The notes beneath the pieces were generated by a model. It was not told the DNA's origin. It worked only from the letters and a program-made list of their open reading frames with translations, and made no database searches. The translations under genes and the position numbers were made by a program. Source: a virus. Taken from it: DNA of 64,000 bases. The stretch is from positions 32,001 to 96,000 of IMG/VR virus record IMGVR_UViG_3300011115_000874; one strand, given 5' to 3'. This document shows, piece after piece, positions 20,901 through 29,235 of this stretch (within the stretch, counting starts at the first letter, position 1; each line of letters begins with the position of its first letter).

Positions 20901-21950
20901 TTAAAAATTCTTGCTGATTTCATCAGCTAATTGAGGTGATTTAGGAATAGTACTATGTAATGCATCAATTGGTATTACTTTTGATGACGCGTTTGTAGTT
21001 GCTTTTTTAGCGTTTTCTTCTTCTGTTTTAATTTCTTCAGGTGTTTTAGCACCTTCTTTTTTCTTAGAAGCAATTAATGATATTACTTCAACACCATTTA
21101 AGGGTCCTAATTTTTTACCTCCTGGTAATTCTCGTCCTAACCCTGCTTTCTTTTTAGTATCGTTAGTAGCGAACCATTTATAATCTATTGGATCTCCTTC
21201 TTTAAAAGTTTTACCTTTCACAGTGGGTGCTTTATTACTATATCGTTTTTCAAAATTTGTAGTATCAAATTTATCTTCTATTATCCAAGGATCTGATTGT
21301 TTAATATTAGATGCTTGTTTCTTGATTCCACTATCAGATGGAGGGAAATTACTACCAACGTATTCTATATATTTTCCTTCATTACTCTTTTTAAAACCAT
21401 CTAACTCATCATCAGTATAAAAAGTTTTAATCTTTTGTTCCTCAGTTGGTGAAAGATCACCTCCAACTCTATTCTTTACAAATACACTTAATGGTTGAGC
21501 AATTGCTACTCTAGGTTTATTACCTGCTACCATGTTATCAATAAAACTATCTGTACTATCAGCTATACCACTATCTATAAAGAATAATTTGTTATTAAAT
21601 TTCTTAGAGTCTAATGCTTTTAACTCTTTAGCTAAATGCCAAGCCATAGCACCTCCAATAGAAAAACCACCTACTCCAAATTTACTTATGTTAGGATTAC
21701 TTTCAATCTCATTAGCAATGTCTTTAGCATATTTTCTTACATCTAATTCATTAGCAAAATCAGCAGTATAAACAGAAAAATTTTTACCTAAATTATTTGC
21801 TAATGTAGTAAAATCACTTCCACCTTGACCTCCTCCAGCTCCAGAACCAGGTAAGAGTATGAGTGTGTTAGCTCCACCTTTAGATAAAGCGTAGAGTTTA
21901 GGTTTGTTTTCCTCTATTACTTCTTTTAATAAGTGGGTTAGTTTTATCAT
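20901..21950 (-). CDS. Alpha/beta-hydrolase (thioesterase-like) with MIKLTHLLKE N terminus
   Basis: LILLPGSGAG oxyanion loop, GFSIGG nucleophile elbow, FFIDS, C-terminal His (DALH). Confidence 0.65.
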   Translation of the reverse strand: MIKLTHLLKEVIEENKPKLYALSKGGANTLILLPGSGAGGGQGGSDFTTLANNLGKNFSVYTADFANELDVRKYAKDIANEIESNPNISKFGVGGFSIGGAMAWHLAKELKALDSKKFNNKLFFIDSGIADSTDSFIDNMVAGNKPRVAIAQPLSVFVKNRVGGDLSPTEEQKIKTFYTDDELDGFKKSNEGKYIEYVGSNFPPSDSGIKKQASNIKQSDPWIIEDKFDTTNFEKRYSNKAPTVKGKTFKEGDPIDYKWFATNDTKKKAGLGRELPGGKKLGPLNGVEVISLIASKKKEGAKTPEEIKTEEENAKKATTNASSKVIPIDALHSTIPKSPQLADEISKNF

Positions 21951-22026
21951 GGTTATAAATATTTAAAAAGTAAGAGAGGTCCATATGTGGACCCCATCTT
22001 ATTGCACTTTAATACGTATATACGAT

Positions 22027-22197
22027 TTATAGGCAAGCTACAATAGCATCACCAATAGCGTATATAAGGGACAGTGTTGACCATCCTAAGAAAAACCAAG
22101 ATGATTTATACCAAAATGTTTTTGGTTCATCTTTCCATACATGAATGTTAAGCGCGTGTAGGCCTGTTAGTAGTGCCCATCCAATAATTGATATCAT
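22027..22197 (-). CDS. Small two-TM protein, 56 aa (not in ORF track)
   Basis: MISIIGWALLTGLHAL...; abuts the upstream gene. Confidence 0.5.
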   Translation of the reverse strand: MISIIGWALLTGLHALNIHVWKDEPKTFWYKSSWFFLGWSTLSLIYAIGDAIVACL

Positions 22198-22198
22198 A

Positions 22199-22438
22199 TT
22201 ATTCTATTGTTAAGTTATCTTCTTGTAACATTTCTCTAATAACGTCTCTTAGACGGTAACATACATCCATTTCCTCAGATGTTGCTTCACCTTGACCTTG
22301 TAGCGCAGCTCCATACTTATGGACACTACGCAATTTTTGGTCTAGTTCCCAAATGAGATGTCTATACTTATATCCGTCTATTGCAGCACGAGCATCATTT
22401 TCTTCGTCTTCTGTAAATTCTAATATTATTTTTGCCAT
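22199..22438 (-). CDS. Hypothetical early protein
   Basis: 79 aa, promoter copy at 22451-22483. Confidence 0.6.
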   Translation of the reverse strand: MAKIILEFTEDEENDARAAIDGYKYRHLIWELDQKLRSVHKYGAALQGQGEATSEEMDVCYRLRDVIREMLQEDNLTIE

Positions 22439-22488
22439 ATGTTTTTATTTTAAATATAACATTGTTTAGCCTGAAAGCCAAACTTTAG

Positions 22489-22594
22489 TAGTCAGGACAG
22501 GAATCGAACCTGCTTCAGCTTTATCATTTTGAGTGCCATTAGCTGTTAATCTCAACCCTGGAAGGTGCCGCGCTTTCCAAAACGCCACCTGACT
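22489..22594 (-). ncRNA. 106-nt tRNA-like RNA (AGTCAGG acceptor)
   Basis: AGTCAGG/CCTGACT acceptor, GCGT-TTTGGAAA-GCGC D arm, GCAGG-TTCGATT-CCTGT T arm, long CAGCT/AGCTG extra arm. Confidence 0.6.
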
Positions 22595-22597
22595 ATA

Positions 22598-22681
22598 TTA
22601 GTTTATTAAGAATAGTAAAACGAATCCTCCTGTTCCAATAAACAATATCCAAAACAACGACCATTTTTCTTCATTTTTCAT
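22598..22681 (-). CDS. 27-aa hydrophobic peptide between the two tRNA-like RNAs
   Basis: MKNEEKWSLFWILFIGTGGFVLLFLIN with an A-rich leader. Confidence 0.4.
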   Translation of the reverse strand: MKNEEKWSLFWILFIGTGGFVLLFLIN

Positions 22682-22697
22682 AACTTTTTAATTTTAG

Positions 22698-22773
22698 TAG
22701 TCAGGACAGGATTCGAACCTGTACTCGGTGATACATTCTAGATTGCTCATTCCGATGCCAACTTTACCTGACT
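22698..22773 (-). ncRNA. 76-nt tRNA-like RNA (AGTCAGG acceptor, no canonical D arm)
   Basis: Same acceptor as 22489-22594 and an ACAGG-TTCGAAT-CCTGT T arm; the interior forms one long hairpin (TCGG...CCGA). Confidence 0.55.
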
Positions 22774-22984
22774 ATGTTACTATTAGTTCTTTAGCATTCT
22801 ACTCCCAGCTTGAGGAATTGTATCTAACTTAGCCCTACTCACGCTGTGCGGGTACTAAAGTTAACTAATAGTTGCCTTTTTGAACGACGTCGAGAAGGCT
22901 AACTCTATCTCCTATACGATGAGAACAGTTACTTGAGCTTATGTCAGAGGCTTACTGTGTTTTACGATCCCCTCGCGAGCGGGG

Positions 22985-23269
22985 CTAATTTTTATTATCA
23001 AAAACTACTCCATCTTGGTTTTCCATATAGATTCGTTTTCCATCTTTATCATATGTGGTTTTGAACCAATATCCATTATCATCTTCATGATATGTCACTT
23101 TCTCTTCAATGTGATTATGTATTAATTTTAATATCCAAGCGTTTTCGTGCTCATATACACCACATACAATACCTGCTTCTTCTTCGGTGTCATAGTATTT
23201 TATAATACCATCTTTATCCTTCATAAAATCCATAGTTCTAAGATCTATGATTACGTATTTACCTTCCAT
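22985..23269 (-). CDS. Hypothetical protein
   Basis: 94 aa ORF. Confidence 0.55.
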   Translation of the reverse strand: MEGKYVIIDLRTMDFMKDKDGIIKYYDTEEEAGIVCGVYEHENAWILKLIHNHIEEKVTYHEDDNGYWFKTTYDKDGKRIYMENQDGVVFDNKN

Positions 23270-23524
23270 AATTATCCTAATAATTTAACTATAACAGGAC
23301 ATAATAACGCTATTACCATAAATAAATAAATTGGAAATGGATCTATTGGGTAACAAGCTTCCTCCATTTCCTGGTGAAATCTTTTAATTAATTTCTTCAT
23401 AACTTTTGATTTTTAAATTATTCCATTTTGAACTAAATTTAGGATTGTAATCCCAACTATTCCACCTACAAGAAATCCTATTAAAAATGCATTAAATTGT
23501 TTTTCTTCAATCTTATTCATAATC

Positions 23525-23782
23525 TTAAAATCGTGCTAAAGGATCTGAAGTGATGATACCACCATCTTTTTCACCTCGTGAAGTTAACATTTGCTCCTGT
23601 GGTATTACTTCCACTATAACACCGTTAGCAGTGAATTTACCACCCTGCTTTAGCAACTTCGTGAATAGCGTTGCGTGCTTAGGTTCCCATGTTTTACTCG
23701 CCTCTATGACAGCTGGTTTCTCTACTACCTTACCATCGAACTTGATGGTAATACCTTTTCTAATTGCTCTTGATGAAATCAT
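23525..23782 (-). CDS. Hypothetical early protein
   Basis: 85 aa, promoter variant at about 23801-23833. Confidence 0.6.
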   Translation of the reverse strand: MISSRAIRKGITIKFDGKVVEKPAVIEASKTWEPKHATLFTKLLKQGGKFTANGVIVEVIPQEQMLTSRGEKDGGIITSDPLARF

Positions 23783-24085
23783 ATGTTTTTATTTTATATC
23801 TAAATATACGTATATACTTCCCGATAGCCAAACCTTTTGTTAAAGGAGTTCTTTTGAGTTTTACGATTGTTGGTTGAAGGGATTATTTCGGAATCGTAGT
23901 GTACTGTTGATAATATATATGTATATACAAATCGATTCGTAAAGATCGTTTACGATCTGAGAATTGATCCACTCGCGGGAGTTTCAGGACTACCGGGTAT
24001 ATGGATATCAACGCGCATGGTAGCGCTTACGTCGTACTGTATATGTACATACCGTGTACACGCGCACTCCCGCGACATAGGAAGA

Positions 24086-24250
24086 TCAAGCGTGGTCAGA
24101 AATGTAAACCACTTCTTCACTGGTCAACGACACCGAAATTTGCTCGGCGATCGTCTTCACTAGGTTAGGTGACAGTTCACCATGTGGCACTTGCTGGCGA
24201 TGGACCTCCATCATCACTAGTGCGGCGTTGTAGCTCATTGTTGTCATCAT
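24086..24250 (-). CDS. Small hypothetical protein (not in ORF track)
   Basis: MMTTMSYNAALVMMEVHRQQ...; ATGA overlap with 24247..24432. Confidence 0.5.
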   Translation of the reverse strand: MMTTMSYNAALVMMEVHRQQVPHGELSPNLVKTIAEQISVSLTSEEVVYISDHA

Positions 24251-24432
24251 GCTTGGAAGTATGATTGGATGAATTCATTACACATATCAGCTGTGCCTAC
24301 CATTCGAACAGCACCATTCCAGTCTAGTACCTCATAGGCGGGTGAGCTTGATGGGCAGTTAGAATAATTGTCTTCGGGGAACTGGCTCATTGTTTTACCA
24401 GTGGATTTGATTTGAAATCGTTTCATGTTCAT
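24247..24432 (-). CDS. Hypothetical protein
   Basis: 61 aa ORF. Confidence 0.55.
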   Translation of the reverse strand: MNMKRFQIKSTGKTMSQFPEDNYSNCPSSSPAYEVLDWNGAVRMVGTADMCNEFIQSYFQA

Positions 24433-24441
24433 ATGTTTTAA

Positions 24442-24684
24442 TTAGTGTTTAATATCGTAACTGAATAAGTAACCACAATCGTCATCATAAAAATCTATCT
24501 CACGCGTTACCAGATCACCTAATTGATCTAATATTGTTTGGTCTAGCGGTTGCCAGTAACCAACTCTTAAGTAACGATTGTTGTCTCGGAATTGGATATC
24601 GTTCTGCTTGATACCATTGTTGGTTAAGATGTTCTCGATTGTTCTTTCAATCGTGGTTTGAGGTGCTTCGTTTTCTAATCTCAT
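24442..24684 (-). CDS. Early-array hypothetical protein (start revised to MRLENE)
   Basis: The track start lies inside the promoter repeat. Confidence 0.6.
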   Translation of the reverse strand: MRLENEAPQTTIERTIENILTNNGIKQNDIQFRDNNRYLRVGYWQPLDQTILDQLGDLVTREIDFYDDDCGYLFSYDIKH

Positions 24685-24747
24685 GTTATATGTGTTTTTA
24701 ATTATACCTGAATATAACATCACCTGATCGGGAAGCCAAACAAGAGG

Positions 24748-25296
24748 TTACTTACTTATGTACCATCTATCACTGTTATACCTAGCGATGTCATTTGTCT
24801 CTGCTAGCAAGCGGTATTGATGACCTACACTGGTATGTATTTCATCCATAGCGTCTGACACCAGTAAACGTTCACCTAACAACTGTGCGAACATGTCGTT
24901 GGACCTGTCTACTGTGTTCTGGTCTGTGTATATCTTGAAGTAAGACGCTTCCGCTACCTCGCTGATGAACATCCCGGAGTACATACCCTTGAGCTTATAT
25001 CTGTTAACAAACTGGTCGGCGTTGCACCAGATGAATATGCTGTTGTCCTTAGCCGCTAGTGCTTCGGCCACCAGTGAGTCCACAATGTACATACCTGATC
25101 TGAATCCTGATACGTTCAACAGTCCACCTGGTGTTCCATGGCCTAACATGATCACCTGATCGTGTTCATCTATCATATCCATGAGCTCGAGTCGGCTACA
25201 TCCTGTAGTCACTAATGTGACATCAGGTAAACGATTGTATATTGGCGCTAGGAAGTCTGTGGACTCGTCTGTCGGGTGTATTACTAATCGTTTCAT
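24748..25296 (-). CDS. Possible caspase/gingipain-like (clan CD) cysteine peptidase
   Basis: QVIMLGHG and IFIWC strands give the His-Gly...Cys dyad pattern. Confidence 0.4.
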   Translation of the reverse strand: MKRLVIHPTDESTDFLAPIYNRLPDVTLVTTGCSRLELMDMIDEHDQVIMLGHGTPGGLLNVSGFRSGMYIVDSLVAEALAAKDNSIFIWCNADQFVNRYKLKGMYSGMFISEVAEASYFKIYTDQNTVDRSNDMFAQLLGERLLVSDAMDEIHTSVGHQYRLLAETNDIARYNSDRWYISK

Positions 25297-25557
25297 TTAT
25301 GCTGTTGTATTATTATCCTTACTGGCTATCATATTCATGACCTCGAGTACCTCGTCTGGTGAACACCATCCGCGGACATCATCATGCTCGCTCAATTTTA
25401 TCCACCCACCTGGACCCCATGCTGCGATTTCAGCTGTGGTCTCACCTCCATCTGAGTAATTGGTTTTACTGAATTGGACACTTATAGTGTATCCATTTTT
25501 GAATGTCATATGGAACCCATTATTGTATTCGTTTTGTGTTGCTCTAAATTTACTCAT
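25297..25557 (-). CDS. Hypothetical phage protein
   Basis: GFHMTFKNGYTISVQF...DVRGWCSPDEV. Confidence 0.6.
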   Translation of the reverse strand: MSKFRATQNEYNNGFHMTFKNGYTISVQFSKTNYSDGGETTAEIAAWGPGGWIKLSEHDDVRGWCSPDEVLEVMNMIASKDNNTTA

Positions 25558-25817
25558 ATGTCTAATGCTTTTCTTTGTATATTAATAAACCACTCAATTG
25601 TCTCACCATCCTCCTTAACCTTATCACTAGTGTCATTTAAAACGCAAACGTCAAAACGTGATTTGTGATACTCAATACTGTCATGATAATTTTTATGATC
25701 AGGTTTGATAAACGTTACTCGTCCTCCGTCCCCATCATCTACTACCTCGTAACCTAATCCTGTTACCATTTCAAATACTAGCTTGTTAAGCGCTTTTCTT
25801 GATTCTGTTTTGTTCAT
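25554..25817 (-). CDS. Early-array hypothetical protein
   Basis: 87 aa, follows a promoter copy. Confidence 0.6.
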   Translation of the reverse strand: MNKTESRKALNKLVFEMVTGLGYEVVDDGDGGRVTFIKPDHKNYHDSIEYHKSRFDVCVLNDTSDKVKEDGETIEWFINIQRKALDI

Positions 25818-25937
25818 GTTCGTGTTATTTAATTATGACTAAATATAACATCACTCTCACCAGAGGCCAAACCTAGGTACGGAAAAGGGCCCCAATGGGG
25901 CCCACATCCTATATAATTAAAAACACACACATGCTAC

Positions 25938-26456
25938 TTAACTGATCCTCTCTAGGTACATGTCCCCAAAGATATCATCTATCTCATCACTTATCGAATC
26001 TACATCCAAGCAAACCGCATCCTCGATTTCACTATTGACATTATTAGATAGTGTATTGTTGTCTAACTCCACCTCAATCACATTACTCCAGTTATTCAAC
26101 TCTAGTGTGACCAAGTCATCCGCGTTTAATTCCATATCAGTAACTGCTTTCTTAATTGATTCGATTACTCGTTCTGTCAACCTAGTGGCGAAGTCGATCA
26201 ACTCTGCTTTGGTAAGGTGAACATGTCCCGCGTACTTATCATCCTCTGTTACCATGTACTGGCCATCCACAACTCGGTCCTCTTTACTGAAACCAGCGCT
26301 ATCAAACTCAGGACCTTCGTCTTCCACTTCCACAGGTGACTCATCACATCCGCATCCACAAGCACCATCACTACAGATGGTTTCACCACACACTGCAATT
26401 TCAATTGCGCTAATCTTATCTTTTAACTCCATTAATTGTTCTAATACTGTCTTCAT
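25938..26456 (-). CDS. Acidic early protein, paralog of 30924..31268
   Basis: LTKAELIDF versus FTKEELIEF; contains a Cys-rich insert. Confidence 0.6.
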   Translation of the reverse strand: MKTVLEQLMELKDKISAIEIAVCGETICSDGACGCGCDESPVEVEDEGPEFDSAGFSKEDRVVDGQYMVTEDDKYAGHVHLTKAELIDFATRLTERVIESIKKAVTDMELNADDLVTLELNNWSNVIEVELDNNTLSNNVNSEIEDAVCLDVDSISDEIDDIFGDMYLERIS

Positions 26457-26518
26457 GTTATCTGTTTTTATTATTGATCTAAATATAACGTCCTAATTCC
26501 CCTAAGCCAAACCTAAGG

Positions 26519-26701
26519 TTATTTAAATCTGTATTTCTTTACCTTATAATCAGTTACTTCTTCATCCACCTCATCCTCCTCATCAACGTCCTTCTGATGA
26601 CTCATCACTCGGTGAACCGCTGTTTCCTCATCTTCAGCATCCACAAAATAAATTCGTTTAATTGTTTTCAAAACTGTTTCTTCTACCTTAAATGTCTTCA
26701 T
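26519..26701 (-). CDS. Early-array hypothetical protein (start revised to MKTFKV)
   Basis: Own promoter. Confidence 0.6.
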   Translation of the reverse strand: MKTFKVEETVLKTIKRIYFVDAEDEETAVHRVMSHQKDVDEEDEVDEEVTDYKVKKYRFK

Positions 26702-26764
26702 ATGTTTATGTTTTTTAATTATGTCTGAATATAGCATCCCTGTCCCGTTAAGCCAAACAAATGG

Positions 26765-27034
26765 TTAGTTAAGGTAAAACCCAATCTCATGTATTTCATT
26801 CTTAGCGAATGATTTAGCAGAGTCTAGGAAGTGTAGGTGCAAGTGCAAGGCGTTTATGTCGTCCATGATCTCCCTAGTTGGTCTCATATCCAGGTACATC
26901 ATTGAGTTGTGCTCTAGTTCCTGTATCTGTGTTAACGCCTGGCTTATTGACTTATTAGCCATAGCCAATATCTCTAGGACTTGATGTGCCTGTAAGCGTT
27001 CTAATACTTCGTCTGTGTGTTTATTGTAGTCCAT
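26765..27034 (-). CDS. Early-array hypothetical protein (start revised to MDYNKH)
   Basis: The revised start removes the overlap with 27045..27254. Confidence 0.55.
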   Translation of the reverse strand: MDYNKHTDEVLERLQAHQVLEILAMANKSISQALTQIQELEHNSMMYLDMRPTREIMDDINALHLHLHFLDSAKSFAKNEIHEIGFYLN

Positions 27035-27044
27035 GTGTCTATAA

Positions 27045-27254
27045 TTATAGGTTATCAATAAATTCTTGTACTTCTTCAACCAAATTTGCATCATCAATTT
27101 CATATCCATCTTTACTACGTAAAATGAAATCAATACATTTACCATTACTAGAGTCAATAAACTCTTTATACACTAATACTCCTTCCTTTAGATGTTGAAT
27201 AGTGTAAGTGTTTTCAACTACTTGACCCTCAATTTCATGTTTTAATAATTCCAT
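27045..27254 (-). CDS. Early-array hypothetical protein
   Basis: Own promoter. Confidence 0.6.
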   Translation of the reverse strand: MELLKHEIEGQVVENTYTIQHLKEGVLVYKEFIDSSNGKCIDFILRSKDGYEIDDANLVEEVQEFIDNL

Positions 27255-27329
27255 TGTGTTTATGTTTTTTAATTATGGTTAAATATAACATCAATTGTTC
27301 ACAAAGCCAAATAAGGGTGTAAGGGAGTT

Positions 27330-27584
27330 TTAAAATAGAAAATCCTCACCCTCTACAAACCCACTAACATCACCATACTCCCACTCAAATCTCCAAGTCC
27401 CATCTGGTCCTATATGACCAGAAATTAATTTACCATACTTTGAAGTACCATGACTTCGCCAAAATTCTCCTTTAGTAAATTGTCTTTCTCCTTCATGGTC
27501 AAGTAATTTATCTGTAGAACATAATGGTTTATCATACCAATACCACTTAAGTTTGTCAAAATCAATTTTGTTTTTCATATTCAT
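27330..27584 (-). CDS. Early-array hypothetical protein (start revised)
   Basis: Own promoter; Trp/Gly-rich. Confidence 0.6.
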   Translation of the reverse strand: MNMKNKIDFDKLKWYWYDKPLCSTDKLLDHEGERQFTKGEFWRSHGTSKYGKLISGHIGPDGTWRFEWEYGDVSGFVEGEDFLF

Positions 27585-27638
27585 GTTTTTAATTATACCT
27601 GAATATAACATCCATGCTCCGCAGAGCCAAGCAAGGGG

Positions 27639-27869
27639 TTAAACCCCTTTAAAATCAAAATCAATACATCTACCTAACATCATACCATACCCATCATGGC
27701 CTTCTATAAAAATTATATTATTATCATTTAATATCTTTTTACATTTAACCCAATTCACTCTCCCATCAACCCTACAAATTCTAAATCTATCCTTATCATC
27801 CATTCTCATTATAAAAATTCCATCACCACACTTAACAAACATTCCTCTTAACATTTCTAATCTTTCCAT
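27639..27869 (-). CDS. Early-array protein encoded by a nearly cytosine-free gene (76 aa)
   Basis: Only 2 plus-strand G (27698, 27699) in 231 nt; own promoter at 27894-27926. Confidence 0.75.
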   Translation of the reverse strand: MERLEMLRGMFVKCGDGIFIMRMDDKDRFRICRVDGRVNWVKCKKILNDNNIIFIEGHDGYGMMLGRCIDFDFKGV

Positions 27870-28015
27870 AATATTACATTTTTTAATTATGGTTAAATAT
27901 AATAAATATTACCCACAAAGCCAAACAATGGTACATGGGTCTTTAAGGAAGGTACATGGAAACAAGGTGGGACCCCGTTGGATCCCACTTGTAAAAACAC
28001 ACACATGGCTGGGTA

Positions 28016-28225
28016 TTAACCCACTAGCTCGATAGTCTTCATACGACGACGAGACATATTGTACATAGCGTTCGCTACGTCTTGGTTCACCGAACGGTTA
28101 CCATTAATGATGTTTGAAACATGACTGGTAGAATAACCAGTTGCTTCTGCTAGGCGAGCAGTGTCACCTTGTCTTTGACGTGCATTGTAGAACGCCAATT
28201 TTGCTGTACGATTTAATTTACGCAT
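28016..28225 (-). CDS. Cro/C1-type HTH protein
   Basis: TARLAEATGYSTSHVSNIING. Confidence 0.75.
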   Translation of the reverse strand: MRKLNRTAKLAFYNARQRQGDTARLAEATGYSTSHVSNIINGNRSVNQDVANAMYNMSRRRMKTIELVG

Positions 28226-28494
28226 AACTTTAATTAATTATTTATTTATATCTCAATATACGATAGTACTAGTGATAGAGCAAGCTATCCTTAAGAAGGG
28301 GTGAGGCATGAACTGATCAGGTCCATGCCTCGGTTAAGGGAGCTTTGCATCGCTTTCGAATCCCATGAGTAAGTGGTTATTCATCTTCCGGCATACGTTC
28401 CAGTTGATATAGCAGTGCCTACCTGCCTCCCTCATTGTTACCAGATTAAATGTCTCATAATCAACTTAGGCGTCTCATAATCAACTACTGGTAT

Positions 28495-28569
28495 TGGTTG
28501 CGGGAGGGGGATTCGAACCCTCGACCTCAAGGTTATGAGCCTTGCGAGCTACCACTGCTCTATCCCGCG
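28495..28569 (-). tRNA. tRNA-fMet(CAT), CCA encoded
   Basis: CGCGGGA...TCCCGCAACCA with a C1:A72 mismatch; CAAGG-CTCATAA-CCTTG anticodon arm. Confidence 0.9.
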
Positions 28570-28574
28570 ATATG

Positions 28575-28658
28575 TAGCCGGGGCGGGAATCGAACCCGCA
28601 CACCTGTTAGAGTACAAGATTTTAAGTCTTGCGTGTCTACCTATTTCACCACCCGGCC
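28575..28658 (-). tRNA. tRNA-Leu(TAA)
   Basis: GGCCGGG acceptor, GGTAGACAC, CAAGA-CTTAAAA-TCTTG anticodon arm, long variable arm. Confidence 0.92.
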
Positions 28659-28667
28659 ATTTGAGGC

Positions 28668-28841
28668 TTACGCCTCCGGAGTTGCCTCCGTTTGTTCAAC
28701 CTCGACTTGATCAACCTCAGCCTTAGGCTTAGATGGACGTCCACGTTTAACTGTTCCTCCGTTTGCTGCAACTCGTGCTGCGCGGGCCGCTAGACGTGCT
28801 TGACGTGCGCTACCCTCTACTACTGGTCTTCCTTTTTGCAT
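28668..28841 (-). CDS. 57-aa protein with AT-hook-like motifs (not in ORF track)
   Basis: MQKGRPVVEGSARQARLAARAARVAANGGTVKRGRPSKPKAEVDQVEVEQTEATPEA; own promoter. Confidence 0.7.
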   Translation of the reverse strand: MQKGRPVVEGSARQARLAARAARVAANGGTVKRGRPSKPKAEVDQVEVEQTEATPEA

Positions 28842-28905
28842 AACCTTTATTTATTTGTTTTTATTATTTGATTTAATATAATATCCAATCCTAACATAGC
28901 CAAAC

Positions 28906-29175
28906 TTATTCGTGGATAAGATTCACTTCTTTTACCACTTCTGAAACACTAAACTCTCGTTCCTCAGCCACGGCTATAAGTTGTTGAATCTGTCTTGCGT
29001 CGAAGACGTTATCTGGGTCTAGTACGTCGGTTAAGGCCGTTATAAACGTCTTAAATACCGCATCATCCACATTGTGGTAACTGATAACTCCTTTAATAGT
29101 TCCAATCAACTTACCGTAACGGGCGTGTATTGATTGTTCTGCATCTTTTCCTGGCTCAATGATTAAATTTTTCAT
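28906..29175 (-). CDS. Early-array hypothetical protein (start revised to MKNLII)
   Basis: Own promoter. Confidence 0.6.
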   Translation of the reverse strand: MKNLIIEPGKDAEQSIHARYGKLIGTIKGVISYHNVDDAVFKTFITALTDVLDPDNVFDARQIQQLIAVAEEREFSVSEVVKEVNLIHE

Positions 29176-29235
29176 ATATCTGTTTTTAATTATACCTGAA
29201 TATAACATCCCTGTCCCACTAGGCCAAACAAGAGG

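Noticed and set aside
22698-22773. Amber suppressor tRNA (CTA in the loop) and stop-codon recoding
   Set aside because: There is no canonical D arm or 7-nt anticodon loop. Conserved genes are intact under the standard code with no TAG/TGA fragmentation.
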